From Actinomycetota bacterium (GTDB lineage: Bacteria > Actinomycetota > Acidimicrobiia > IMCC26256 > JACDBD01): a stretch of 59,751 nt of DNA. The position numbers and the translations under genes were made by a program. Below are positions 27,637 to 36,521 of this stretch, piece by piece; position 1 is the first letter of the stretch; each line of letters opens with the position of its first letter. The DNA lies in assembly GCA_046724655.1 (NCBI GenBank), contig JBKOWY010000112.1:1-59751 (forward strand), written 5' to 3'. Under the pieces are notes generated by a model, which worked only from the letters and a program-made list of their open reading frames with translations, was not told where the DNA came from and searched no databases.

Positions 27637-28062
27637 CTACGCGCGCACCTCGGTGAGGCCGCCGGCGCCCTGCTCGAAGCCCTTTCCGGTCGGCTGCATG
27701 AACCCCCATTCGTAGCCCTCGGGGTCGGTGACGCCGAAGCTCCGCACGCCGTAGGGCTTGTCCTCGGGCGGCTTTACGTCGAGGCCGGCGGCCTTGACGC
27801 GCTCGTAGTGGGCGTCGACGTCGTCTACCCAGATCAGCGTGAGCTGCTCGGGGCCTCGTCCCTTGTCCTCCCAGTAGCCAGGATCACGACCCGAGAGCCA
27901 GAGCTGGCTCTCGCCGACGAGCATCTCTGCCTCGCGCACCCGGCGGTCGCCGTCGACGTAACGCGAGATCTCCTCGAACCCGAAGACGCGCGCCAGCCAG
28001 TCGAGCGCTGCCGCCGCGTCCTCGTAGTGCACGTAGGGCGTGATGCCATCGAACTTCACCAT
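27637..28062 (-). CDS. VOC/glyoxalase-family protein
   Basis: C-terminal 141 aa of ORF 27637..28701: MVKFDGITPYVHYEDAAAALDWLARVFGFEE...PYGVRSFGVTDPEGYEWGF. AGGAGACGAG lies before ATG 28062. Confidence 0.85.
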   Translation of the reverse strand: MVKFDGITPYVHYEDAAAALDWLARVFGFEEISRYVDGDRRVREAEMLVGESQLWLSGRDPGYWEDKGRGPEQLTLIWVDDVDAHYERVKAAGLDVKPPEDKPYGVRSFGVTDPEGYEWGFMQPTGKGFEQGAGGLTEVRA

Positions 28063-28520
28063 CTCGTCTCCTTTTTCATGTGCTCCTCGTACCAGCGCAG
28101 CGTCGTCTGCCAGCCGTACATCCGCTTCTGCGCCGCGACGTCGGGGGACAATCCGTCGAGGCCGCGGTGCTCGAGCGTCACCCGGGTGCCATTGCCGGCG
28201 GCCTCGAAGCGCACCTCGACCTCGGTGAGCGCATCGGGCGGCGCGCTCGAGACGAGATCGGCGAACACGAGGCGAGCGCCCGGCTCCCAGGCGAGCACCT
28301 TGCCGAACGCGAAACCCTCGCCGGTCTCCCGGTCGTGCACCTCGAGCAACCGCCCGCCGACATACGGCTCGAACCGGATGCCCACTGCACGGTCCGGGAA
28401 CCTCCAGCTGTGCGGACCACGCTGGTACCAGCTGTCGATCTCGCCGGTGAACACCTCGAACGCAGTGTCGGGGTCCACAGCCACGTCGATGCTGACGGTT
28501 ACGGAATCGGTCCGGCTCAC
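28056..28520 (-). CDS. SRPBCC/AHSA1-like protein
   Basis: 154 aa. GTGA overlap with the arsR-type gene. DPDTAFEVFTGEIDSWY. ArsR-AHSA1 pairing is common. Confidence 0.8.
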   Translation of the reverse strand: MSRTDSVTVSIDVAVDPDTAFEVFTGEIDSWYQRGPHSWRFPDRAVGIRFEPYVGGRLLEVHDRETGEGFAFGKVLAWEPGARLVFADLVSSAPPDALTEVEVRFEAAGNGTRVTLEHRGLDGLSPDVAAQKRMYGWQTTLRWYEEHMKKETRW

Positions 28521-28855
28521 GAGCGTTTGCCCTTCCGTGTGCGCTCGACATGCTTCTTGAAGGCGCCGAGCTGCTCATCCCAGAACGCCTCGATCTGATC
28601 GAGCCATGCTTGGAGCGCGACGAACGGCTCGGGACGCAGCCGGTAGACACGCAGGCGGGCGTCGTCCAGATCGCCTCCTGCCTCGACCAGGCCGCTCGCA
28701 CGGAGCACCCGTAGGTGCCGGCTCATCACCGGCGCGCTGGTCTGTGCCGTGGCCGCGAGCTCTCCGGCCCGGCGCGGCCCGTCGCGCAGCAGGTCGATGA
28801 CTTGCCGCCGTGTCGGGTCGGCCAGAGCTGCCAGCGTTGCATCGAGGTCGTTCAT
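28517..28855 (-). CDS. ArsR/SmtB-family transcriptional regulator
   Basis: 112 aa with LAALADPTRRQVIDLL...AGELA...SAPVMSRHLRVLRASGLV. Confidence 0.9.
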   Translation of the reverse strand: MNDLDATLAALADPTRRQVIDLLRDGPRRAGELAATAQTSAPVMSRHLRVLRASGLVEAGGDLDDARLRVYRLRPEPFVALQAWLDQIEAFWDEQLGAFKKHVERTRKGKRS

Positions 28856-28873
28856 GTACGGCTCGGCGTTCGC

Positions 28874-29278
28874 CTAGCGCGGTCGGTGCCGGGTCCCGGC
28901 GCCCCGCGTGATGTGCAGCGTGTCGCCGGGTGTGTGAACGATCGCGGAATGCCAGACGCCGCGCGGCACGATGCACGTGGCGCCCGGTCGCAGCTCGATG
29001 GTCCGCTCGCCGTCCTCCTCGTCGAGCACGACGTCGATAGCGCCCGACAACAGGCACACGATCTCGTCCCCAGCGGGATGCATCTCCCAGATGTCCCAGT
29101 CGGCCGCGTTGTGAAACGTGCCGACGAGCCGCCCGCCATGCAGGCCGGGGCGGTTCTCGATGTTGTCCCAGAAGTCCTCGTCGACCTCGATCGCCAGCGC
29201 GGACGGTCCGTCTTCGAGCTGCACGTAGGTCTGGGCGAGGTCGAAGGCCCCGTCGGCCCGTTTCTCGGTGGTGTTCAT
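28874..29278 (-). CDS. Cupin-domain protein
   Basis: 134 aa with WEMHPAGDEIVCLLSGAIDV...IVPRGVWH. Confidence 0.8.
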   Translation of the reverse strand: MNTTEKRADGAFDLAQTYVQLEDGPSALAIEVDEDFWDNIENRPGLHGGRLVGTFHNAADWDIWEMHPAGDEIVCLLSGAIDVVLDEEDGERTIELRPGATCIVPRGVWHSAIVHTPGDTLHITRGAGTRHRPR

Positions 29279-29287
29279 CTCTGGCCT

Positions 29288-29346
29288 TCCCGCTCGTTGC
29301 TTCCGGCTCGTTGTTGTCTCCGGCTCATTATTGCATAAATCAATAA
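29288..29346. promoter_or_regulatory. Divergent control region: three tandem ~15-nt direct repeats followed by an AT-rich palindrome
   Basis: TCCCGCTCGTTGCT / TCCGGCTCGTTGTTG / TCTCCGGCTCATTATTG, then TTATTG-cataaat-CAATAA (29328-29346) inside an AT-rich stretch (~29325-29358). It lies between the cupin-arsR operon start (29278) and yqgE (29411). Confidence 0.45.
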
Positions 29347-29410
29347 CTATTTTCTATCAGGTGAAGAACCTGCGCGCAAGCCCGGGTCGGGCGCGGGGCA
29401 TGATCGGAAC

Positions 29411-29965
29411 GTGAGCGATTCGCTCCGGGGTCGGCTGCTCGTCGCCACGCCCGCCCTCTACGACCCCAACTTCTTCCGTACGGTCGTGCTCGTGCTCGAG
29501 CACGGCCAGGACGGCGCGATCGGCGTTGTGCTGAACCGGCCGAGCGATACCCCGGTCAACGAGAAGCTGCCCGACTGGGACCCGGTGGCGTCCGGCCCTG
29601 GCGTCGTCTTCGTCGGAGGCCCCGTCTCCCCCGACGCCGCTATCGGGCTCGCCCGCTCCGACACGCCCGAGGGCGCCGACGGCTGGGCGCCGCTGTTCGG
29701 CCACCTGGGAACCGTCGACCTCGGCCGGGCGCCGGTTGCGCTCCCCGTCGCGGTCCAGAACCTGCGTGTGTTCGCCGGTTATGCGGGCTGGTCCGGTGGT
29801 CAGCTGGACGGTGAGGTCGACTCGGGCGGATGGTTCGTCCTCGACGCGGCGGCGGACGACGTGTTCACCTCCGCGCCCCGCGCCCTGTGGGCGTCTGTCC
29901 TGCGACGCCAGGGGGGCCGGCTCGCGATGTTCGCCACGGCGCCGGCGCATCCTTCGCTGAACTGA
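29411..29965 (+). CDS. YqgE/AlgH-family protein (UPF0301)
   Basis: 184 aa, GRLLVATPALYDPNFFRTVVLVLEHGQDGAIGVVLNRP. GTG start. Confidence 0.85.
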   Translation: MSDSLRGRLLVATPALYDPNFFRTVVLVLEHGQDGAIGVVLNRPSDTPVNEKLPDWDPVASGPGVVFVGGPVSPDAAIGLARSDTPEGADGWAPLFGHLGTVDLGRAPVALPVAVQNLRVFAGYAGWSGGQLDGEVDSGGWFVLDAAADDVFTSAPRALWASVLRRQGGRLAMFATAPAHPSLN

Positions 29966-29973
29966 TGTAGGCG

Positions 29974-30366
29974 ATGACCCGCTTCGTCGTCGACGGCATG
30001 AACGTGATCGGCGCCCAAGCCGACGGCTGGTGGCGCGACCGCGACGCCGCGGTGCGGCGACTGCTCGCCCGCCTGCAACACGCCGCCCGCCGCTCCGATG
30101 ACGAAATCAGCCTCGTGCTCGACGGCCGTCCTCTCGCCGACCTTCCGGAGGGCATGCACCGTGGTGTGACAGTGCGCTACGCGCGCCGCCCCGGCCGCGA
30201 TGCCGCTGACGACCGCATCGTCGAGCTCGTCGACACGGACGACAACGCGGGCGAGCTGCGCGTGGTCACGTCGGACCGCGCCCTCGCGGATCGCGTGACG
30301 GCGAACGGCGCGACAACCGAAGGCGCAGGCTCGTTCCTCCGCCGCGTTCAGCGGCTCGGCGCCTGA
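29974..30366 (+). CDS. NYN/YacP-like predicted RNA-binding nuclease domain protein
   Basis: 130 aa with FVVDGMNVIG...DDRIVELV...VVTSDRAL. It lies 8 nt after the yqgE stop. Confidence 0.65.
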   Translation: MTRFVVDGMNVIGAQADGWWRDRDAAVRRLLARLQHAARRSDDEISLVLDGRPLADLPEGMHRGVTVRYARRPGRDAADDRIVELVDTDDNAGELRVVTSDRALADRVTANGATTEGAGSFLRRVQRLGA

Positions 30367-30391
30367 CCTCGCGTCCGTCGTCAGTCGCTGG

Positions 30392-31317
30392 TCAGCCGCC
30401 GGCCAGCGGCAGGCAGGCCTGCTCGTCCTGGAAGAAGCCCAGGCGGAACGCCTCCATCCGCTCGAACGCCGTCCCGCGCGTCGCTTCTTTCGCCTCAGCG
30501 GGATCGCCGAACACGAGGAACGCCTGCACGACCTCGTCGAGGTCTCCGGGTGAGAGCGCGAACGCGGCCTCGCGCGTCTCGGGAAGGCCGCGCGCTTGGA
30601 CGGTGCACTCCTGGTCCACGGGGACGCTGCCCACCCACGCGCCGGTGAAGCAGTCGGCCTGCAAGCCGACCTCCTTCCGCTCCACGGTGATGGCGAGACG
30701 GGACTGCATGGCCGAGGCCCACGCGTTCCCGATGAGGGTCGCGACACCGAAGTCGCCGATGTCGTTGTAGACGCCCCGGATGAGGTCACGGTCGTACGCG
30801 ACGAAGTCTTCGTCCTCGCAATAGAAGATCGAGTCCTTGTAGTCGCTGGCTTTGAAGTTCAGGCTCGGGAACCTCGGCAGCGACTTCTTCTCCTTCGGGT
30901 TGTAGGAGATCACGTCGCTCACGCTCTTGTAGGTCTCTCCCCCGAAGGAACGAAGTCCCGAACTCCTTGCACAGGCGCGGGAAGAGGTCGCCGTTGTCGT
31001 AGTTCACGCTGCCATCAAGCCGGCAGAAGAACGCGTTGCCCCGGAAGTCCTTGTACGTCCGGCCCGTCGCACGAGCGCACTTCGTCATCTCCTTCATGTT
31101 GGTGCTCGCGTCGTACGCGTGGATCTTGCTGTTCGGGATCCGCTCGTACGGCTTGCCGTAGACCGCCGGCATCTCCGTCTCCCAGAAGTCCTGGATGTCC
31201 TCGATGGCCGTCTTGAGTCCTTGTCGTACGGCTTTGCTGCCGGCCGATCCGCCACCGCCGTGCCGACCCCCACCCGCTGACCGCCGCAACCACCACGGCG
31301 CTGACGAACGGCCCCAT
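30392..31317 (-). pseudogene. Membrane-anchored protein gene interrupted by two +1 frameshifts (possible neutral Zn-metallopeptidase-like family)
   Basis: AGGAGG-ATG 31317 gives MGPFVSAVVVAAVSGW (TM anchor). The coding signal moves to a second frame after the G5 tract at 31271..31267 (…GGGGSAGSKAVRQGLKTAIEDIQDFWETEMPAVYGKPYE…CKEFG). It moves to a third frame after the G5 tract at 30943..30939 (…GETYKSVSDVISYNPKEKK…GLQADCFTGAW…). Third-position GC bias follows these switches. Confidence 0.6.
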
Positions 31318-31431
31318 GCACCTCCTGAGCACCCGGAACCCCTCACTCGTCCCCGCCCGCTACCGGGGAAGGGCCGCTGGTCTGGCAAATCGGCGGCGGT
31401 CCCGCGAACAGTCACTTGCTGTACTGGAGTC

Positions 31432-32412
31432 ATGGCCGATCCGTTGCCGGTCGTCGTCGAACGCGGTGACCTCGACGAGCTCGTGCGTCTCGTCGACACC
31501 CTGTGCGGGTCGCGCGAGTGGGATCGCGTCATGGAGCTACGCGATCGGTGCGTGCACGCGATCGAACGAGGCCGGCAGCTCTGGCCCGTCGCGGCCCACG
31601 CCGAATATCGACTGGCGCTCGAGGCACCGGGTCGCTGGGCGGCGCGGATGCTCGTCGAAGGCGCCGGTCGCTTCGCGCCAGGTCCACTGTCCGAGGTGGC
31701 GGCGTCGACGCACGAGTGGGCCGAGCTCGCGCCGCATGCCTCACCGGGACCGCTGGCAGTGGTGACCGCGCACGAACGCGTGCTCCGCGGTGAGGATCTC
31801 ACCGGGGAGTCGCTGCCGGGCCCGGCGGTGCTCGATCTTCCGCTGCGCCTGGCCGAATGGGAGCCCGACTACTTCCTGGCGCACTACCGCCCCGACGGCG
31901 CCGACTTCCCCGGGCCCTCGCCCGCCGCGCTCCACCGCGCCGAGGTCCCGTCGCGCGTGGCTGACGGAACGCGCGACGCGGCGACCGAGGCGCTCGTTGA
32001 CGCGGTACGGCCCTGGACCGAGGGCTCGGAGGGGCGCGCCGAGGCGATCGCGGTCCGCGGCGACGCCCTCGACGCGATCGCTGCGCTCGGACGTGATCGA
32101 GTGCGGATGGTGGAGCTCGATCTCTCCGCCGCTCTGCGCCTACTGGCCTGGGCAGGCGCGAGCGGCGGCGCGCACGCGCGCCGTCCAGGCGCGGCCGTAG
32201 GACGCTTCGCCGCGTGGTGGACGGGCGCCGCGCTCGCCGGGCTCCTGGACCGGTGGCCGGTCGACGCCGACGAGCTCGGAGACGCGCTGGCGGGGTTGGC
32301 GTGGTACGCCTGGGACGCCGGCGGACCCGCGACCGGCTGGCGACTCCACCTTGCGATCGAGGACCGGGGCTCGACGCGCGCCTGGGCAGTCGCCGCCGTC
32401 GACCTCGGGTGA
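31432..32412 (+). CDS. Hypothetical protein
   Basis: C-terminal 326 aa of ORF 31195..32412, from ATG 31432 (MADPLPVVVERGDLDELVRLVD...). Coding-like bias. No family recognised. Confidence 0.55.
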   Translation: MADPLPVVVERGDLDELVRLVDTLCGSREWDRVMELRDRCVHAIERGRQLWPVAAHAEYRLALEAPGRWAARMLVEGAGRFAPGPLSEVAASTHEWAELAPHASPGPLAVVTAHERVLRGEDLTGESLPGPAVLDLPLRLAEWEPDYFLAHYRPDGADFPGPSPAALHRAEVPSRVADGTRDAATEALVDAVRPWTEGSEGRAEAIAVRGDALDAIAALGRDRVRMVELDLSAALRLLAWAGASGGAHARRPGAAVGRFAAWWTGAALAGLLDRWPVDADELGDALAGLAWYAWDAGGPATGWRLHLAIEDRGSTRAWAVAAVDLG

Positions 32413-32436
32413 CCACGCCGAGCGCGGCCCTAGATT

Positions 32437-33300
32437 GTGCCCGTGGACGCACTTCGGTTCTTCGGGCTCGCGCGCACTGAAGATCCCGACGACTGGCAGC
32501 TGCCCGTGGTACCCCAGCTTTGCTCGGGACGAGGCACGCTGTTCGGCGGTTGCGGCCTCGGCGCCGCCATCGAGGCGCTCGAGCGCACAACCGATCGACC
32601 GCTCGTGTGGGCGAGCGCGCAGTACCTCTCGTACGCGCGGCCGCCGTCGATCGTCGAGATCGAGATCGACGAGGTCGTGCGTGGTCATCGCTCGTCCCAG
32701 GCGCGCGCGGTTGCGCGCGTCGACGGCGAGGAGATCTTCACCGTGAACGCCGCGCTGGGTTTCCGCGACCTGCCGTTGTCGGGGTCGTGGGCCGTCCGGC
32801 CCGACGTGCCGCCGCCCGACGCGAGCCCACCCCGCGAGACGCTGCCGCGCCACCGGGGAACGATCATGGACCGCCTCGAGACGCGCATCGCCGCCGGGCG
32901 TCCGATCCACGAGCTGCCGGGTCCGCCCGGTGACGGCCGCGCGGCTCTGTGGGTGCATCTCCCGTCTCTCGAGATGTCGGCGGCGGCGCTCGCGATCGTC
33001 GGTGACTTCGTCCCGTTCGGGGTGGGCCAGGCATTGGGCGAGCGCGCCGGCGGCAACAGCCTGGACAACACGCTGCGGGTCGTGACCCGTCACCCGACCG
33101 AGTGGATCCTGGCCGACGTGCGCGTGCACGCCATCGCCGGAGGTTTCGGGCACGGGCTCGTGCATCTGTGGGCCGAGGACGGCACGCTGCTCGGCACCGC
33201 GAGCCAGTCGGCGATCGTGCGCAAGCACCGTGACTGGGAGGAGGATGAGGCGGCCGGCGAAAGCGGCTCCGAGACCCGAGCGGAGGGAGGCACCGCATGA
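32437..33300 (+). CDS. Acyl-CoA thioesterase II-like (double hot-dog)
   Basis: 287 aa with LFGGCGLGAAIEAL in the N-terminal half, a second hot-dog half, and an acidic tail. GTG start. Confidence 0.75.
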   Translation: MPVDALRFFGLARTEDPDDWQLPVVPQLCSGRGTLFGGCGLGAAIEALERTTDRPLVWASAQYLSYARPPSIVEIEIDEVVRGHRSSQARAVARVDGEEIFTVNAALGFRDLPLSGSWAVRPDVPPPDASPPRETLPRHRGTIMDRLETRIAAGRPIHELPGPPGDGRAALWVHLPSLEMSAAALAIVGDFVPFGVGQALGERAGGNSLDNTLRVVTRHPTEWILADVRVHAIAGGFGHGLVHLWAEDGTLLGTASQSAIVRKHRDWEEDEAAGESGSETRAEGGTA

Positions 33301-34262
33301 GCGTCCCGCAACGTCACGGCATCACCGTGCCGTTCGAGGGGGTGCCGCTGCACGCGCACCGAGAGTGGTTCGAAGAGATCGCGGCTCTGGGCTACACGGA
33401 CTTGTGGTCGGCCGAGTCGGGCGGCGCCGATGCGTTCACCCCTCTCGCGCTAGCCGCGGCATGGACGCCGTCGCTGCGGCTCGGCACCGCGATCGTGCCC
33501 GCCTTCACGCGGGGCGCGGCGACGCTCGCCGAGACCGTCGCGAGCATGGCGCAGGCCGCGCCGGGACGTTTCGCGCTCGGCATCGGGGCATCCTCGAACG
33601 TGATCGTCGAGAACTGGAACGGCATCCCCTTCGACGAGCCGTACCGGCGCGTCCGGGACACGATCAGGTTCCTCCGTGCGTCGCTCGCAGGCGAGAAGGT
33701 CACGCACGAATACGACACATTCAGCGTGAGGGGGTTCCGCCTCGGGATCCGGATCGACGAGATGCCTCCCATCCTCGTCGCCGCCCTCCGCCCGGGCATG
33801 CTGCGCCTCGGCGGCCGAGAGGGCGACGGCGCGATCATCAACTGGCTGTCGGCGGAGGACGTGAAGACCGTCGTGCCGTACGTGGGTGACGACAAGGAGA
33901 TCGTGGCCCGGATCTTCGTGCTCCCGACTGACGATCAGGACACGGTGCGGTTCATCGGGAAGCGGGCGATCGCCGCCTACCTCAACGTTCCCGTGTACGC
34001 GGCGTTCCACGCGTGGTTGGGGCGGGGTGAGACGCTCGAGCCCATGTGGCAGGCGTGGAGCGCGGGTGACCGCGAAGCAGCAACGGCCGCGATCCCCGAT
34101 GAGCTTGTGGACGCGCTCATCGTGCACGGGACGCCGGCGGAGATCCGGGAGCACCTGGCGCGATACGCGGCGAACGGGGTGACGACCCCGGCGCCGGCCT
34201 ACCTCGCCGGCCCTGATGACACTCGCCGAGCGCTGCGCGAGCAAGCCCCCAGAGCGCGCTGA
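33297..34262 (+). CDS. LLM-class (luciferase-like) flavin/F420-dependent oxidoreductase
   Basis: 321 aa with GYTDLWSAES, RLGTAIVPAFTR, GRFALGIGAS. ATGA overlap with the upstream gene. Confidence 0.85.
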   Translation: MSVPQRHGITVPFEGVPLHAHREWFEEIAALGYTDLWSAESGGADAFTPLALAAAWTPSLRLGTAIVPAFTRGAATLAETVASMAQAAPGRFALGIGASSNVIVENWNGIPFDEPYRRVRDTIRFLRASLAGEKVTHEYDTFSVRGFRLGIRIDEMPPILVAALRPGMLRLGGREGDGAIINWLSAEDVKTVVPYVGDDKEIVARIFVLPTDDQDTVRFIGKRAIAAYLNVPVYAAFHAWLGRGETLEPMWQAWSAGDREAATAAIPDELVDALIVHGTPAEIREHLARYAANGVTTPAPAYLAGPDDTRRALREQAPRAR

Positions 34263-34273
34263 GGCCGTGCCGG

Positions 34274-35005
34274 CTACGCGACCTGCTTGAGCTTCACCTC
34301 CTCGTGGCGAAGGCTCGCCTGCCGGCACGCAAGGAGGCCACGTATCGCCCACCAGCCGGGGTCCACCTCGCGACGTCCGAGCGCGAACCGTGCAGACGTC
34401 GGCGCCGCGTGGTGGTTGTTGTGCAGTCCCTCGCCCGCCGTGAGCCACGCCAGCCACTGCGAATTGCCAGCCGGATTGTCGTGCGGACGGCGGCCGCGCA
34501 TGTGACCTACCGCATTGATCGCTCCGCTCAGCATCAAGTAGCTCACGGCGTGGATGCCCGAAGCCAGCAAACCCGTCTGCCAACCAAGCGTCACGCACAG
34601 GATCCCGATCCCGATCGCGAGCCCCAGCAGACCGTGGTCGAAGAACCAGCGGTCGAGCCGGTCGGGCGCGAGATCCCGCGCGTACCTGCGCACGGTGAGC
34701 CGATCGCGAGCTACACGCCGGTACAACCCGGCGTTGGCAAGCTGCACACGCCAGAAGCCGAGGATGCGCGGGCTGTGCGGATCGGCCGGCGTGTCGGACG
34801 TCGCATGATGGCGGCGATGCACCGCCACCCACTCGCGCGGTCGCATGCCGGTGGTGATCCATAGGAGGACGCGACATGCGAGCGTCGGTAGTCCACGCAT
34901 GCTCAACGCTCGATGGGCCAGCGTGCGGTGCAGGTACACCGTGGTCACGATGACCGAGAGCTGCGTGACAAGGAACCCGGCAAGCAACGCGAGCGGCACG
35001 TTCAC
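34274..35005 (-). CDS. Membrane fatty-acid (acyl-CoA/acyl-lipid) desaturase
   Basis: 243 aa with three His boxes: HRTLAH, HRRHH, HNNHH. N-terminal TM helices. GTG start. Confidence 0.85.
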   Translation of the reverse strand: MNVPLALLAGFLVTQLSVIVTTVYLHRTLAHRALSMRGLPTLACRVLLWITTGMRPREWVAVHRRHHATSDTPADPHSPRILGFWRVQLANAGLYRRVARDRLTVRRYARDLAPDRLDRWFFDHGLLGLAIGIGILCVTLGWQTGLLASGIHAVSYLMLSGAINAVGHMRGRRPHDNPAGNSQWLAWLTAGEGLHNNHHAAPTSARFALGRREVDPGWWAIRGLLACRQASLRHEEVKLKQVA

Positions 35006-35050
35006 GAATGAGTCTCCTCGCTCGGAGCGGACGGTTGGGTGGTCCGGACG

Positions 35051-35073
35051 CTACTCTACCGACCAGTAGGTAG
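35051..35073. promoter_or_regulatory. Imperfect inverted repeat in the desaturase/TetR divergent region (candidate TetR operator)
   Basis: CTAC(T)CTAC-cgacca-GTAGGTAG: 8-bp arms with one extra T, between starts at 35005 (-) and 35111 (+). Confidence 0.4.
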
Positions 35074-35110
35074 GCACACGCGCCACGACTGCTCGGGGCT
35101 CGAGGACCGC

Positions 35111-35731
35111 ATGGGAACCACGACCGACGCCCAGGCGCACGGCACGAGGACCCTCATTCTCGACGCCGCCCTGCGCCGATTCGCCGAGCACGGATACCAC
35201 GGGACCAGCCTCAACGACATCGCCGACGCCGTCGGCATCCGCCGGCCGAGCCTCCTCCACCACTTCCCGTCCAAGGAAGCGCTCTACCGCGCCGTGCTGC
35301 TGGACGCGTTCGCAGACTGGTTCGCGCTCGTCGACGAGGCGATCGCGACTCCGCAAAAGAAGGGGTGGCCCCAGGTGGAGCGCGTCCTACGGGCGGCATT
35401 CCGTTTCTTCGAAGAGCACCCCGACTTCGTCCGGCTCGCCCGGTGGGAGGCGTTGGAGGGCGGCCCGATGCTGTCGGAGGAGCTGGGCGCGATGTTGCGG
35501 CCGCTGTTCGAGCGCGCGACCGAGTTCCTCGAGCGCGAGATGAGCGCGGGCCGGCTGCGTCGCTACGACGCGGGCCAGCTTCTGCTCACGGGTTATGGCG
35601 CCGTGCTCTCGTATCTGTCGGATGCGCCGTTGATCAACTCCTTGCTCGGCGCCGATCCGCTTGGTCCCGCGATGCTCGCCAAGCGGCGGGAGCACGTCAT
35701 CGACGTGCTCCGCAACGCGCTCGAATCGTAG
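35111..35731 (+). CDS. TetR-family transcriptional regulator
   Basis: From ATG 35111 in ORF 35039..35731: [47 protein letters not shown]. Confidence 0.9.
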   Translation: MGTTTDAQAHGTRTLILDAALRRFAEHGYHGTSLNDIADAVGIRRPSLLHHFPSKEALYRAVLLDAFADWFALVDEAIATPQKKGWPQVERVLRAAFRFFEEHPDFVRLARWEALEGGPMLSEELGAMLRPLFERATEFLEREMSAGRLRRYDAGQLLLTGYGAVLSYLSDAPLINSLLGADPLGPAMLAKRREHVIDVLRNALES

Positions 35732-35735
35732 ACGC

Positions 35736-35791
35736 GCGGCGACGGCGGCTTTGCCACCGTCGCCGCAGGAGCCGGAGCTTGCGACGGCGAC
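35736..35791 (-). repeat. Interspersed structured repeat, copy C (inverted in window coordinates)
   Basis: The rc reads GTCGCCGTCGCAAGCTCCGGCTCCTGCGGCGACGGTGGCAAAGCCGCCGTCGCCGC. It lies 4 nt after the tetR stop and 10 nt after the convergent gene's stop, so it is in sense for the tetR transcript. Confidence 0.85.
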
Positions 35792-35801
35792 CAATGAATC
35801 C

Positions 35802-36521
35802 TTAGAACTTCGCCTGCTCGCGAAACCGCTCGAACAGCGCCGCGTCGCCGAAGATGTCGACCTCGTTCGTGGGTTTGCGCCCGTAGAGCACCAGCAGCAG
35901 ATCGGATGCCGGCCCCCGCACCGCGACATCACCTTTGGCGTGCTCATGCGTCACGTGCATCGCGTCGCCGTCGAATCGAATCAACCACTCCCCCGGGGCG
36001 TCGGTGGAGTGGAGATGGGCGGAACCCGAGTCGGGAAAGCGGCGGCCCGGGAAGGACGGCACGAGAGTGAGGTACTCGTCGACGCCGTCCACTGCGAGCG
36101 GGCCGTCAATGGCATCTTCGGCCCCGCCGGTGTGCTGGGCATCCCAGCGATGCATGGCCGTCTCCTGGGCCGTGCGACGGGCCCAGAACCCGACGCTGTG
36201 ATCGAACGGGACCCATGTCCAGCAGGGCGCCGCGGGATCTTTCGCTTCGAGCTTGGTTGCGAGGGTCTCGGCGCCGGCCTGCAGCCACTCGTCCGCCGCG
36301 CCGTCGGGCGCGTGCGCAAACCGCTCGAACATCTCACCATCCGGGGGACGATCAAGGTTTCCCGCCACCCATCGGTGGTGCGAGCCGAGGTGACGGACAA
36401 GGTCGTGCAGCGTCCACTCGGGGCACGACGGCACGATCGTGTCCGCCGGGGTGTCACGGACGGCCCGGGCCGCCCCAGCCGCATTCGCTCGCAGCGCGGC
36501 GATGTACTCGTCGTACTCCAC
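35802..36521 (-). CDS. Maleylpyruvate isomerase-family mycothiol-dependent enzyme (DinB-like), second paralogue
   Basis: C-terminal 239 aa of ORF 35802..36779: VEYDEYIAALRANAAG...CPEWTLHDLVRHLGSHHRW. GTG 36521 shares its G with the TAG of the upstream SRAP gene (CTAGTG). Confidence 0.8.
   Translation of the reverse strand: MEYDEYIAALRANAAGAARAVRDTPADTIVPSCPEWTLHDLVRHLGSHHRWVAGNLDRPPDGEMFERFAHAPDGAADEWLQAGAETLATKLEAKDPAAPCWTWVPFDHSVGFWARRTAQETAMHRWDAQHTGGAEDAIDGPLAVDGVDEYLTLVPSFPGRRFPDSGSAHLHSTDAPGEWLIRFDGDAMHVTHEHAKGDVAVRGPASDLLLVLYGRKPTNEVDIFGDAALFERFREQAKF

Noticed and set aside
22937-29278. Genomic island integrated at the 3' end of ssrA (or at tRNA-Leu).
   Set aside because: I saw no integrase, no duplicated copy of the ssrA or tRNA 3' end downstream, and no compositional break. 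The downstream genes look like ordinary chromosomal genes.
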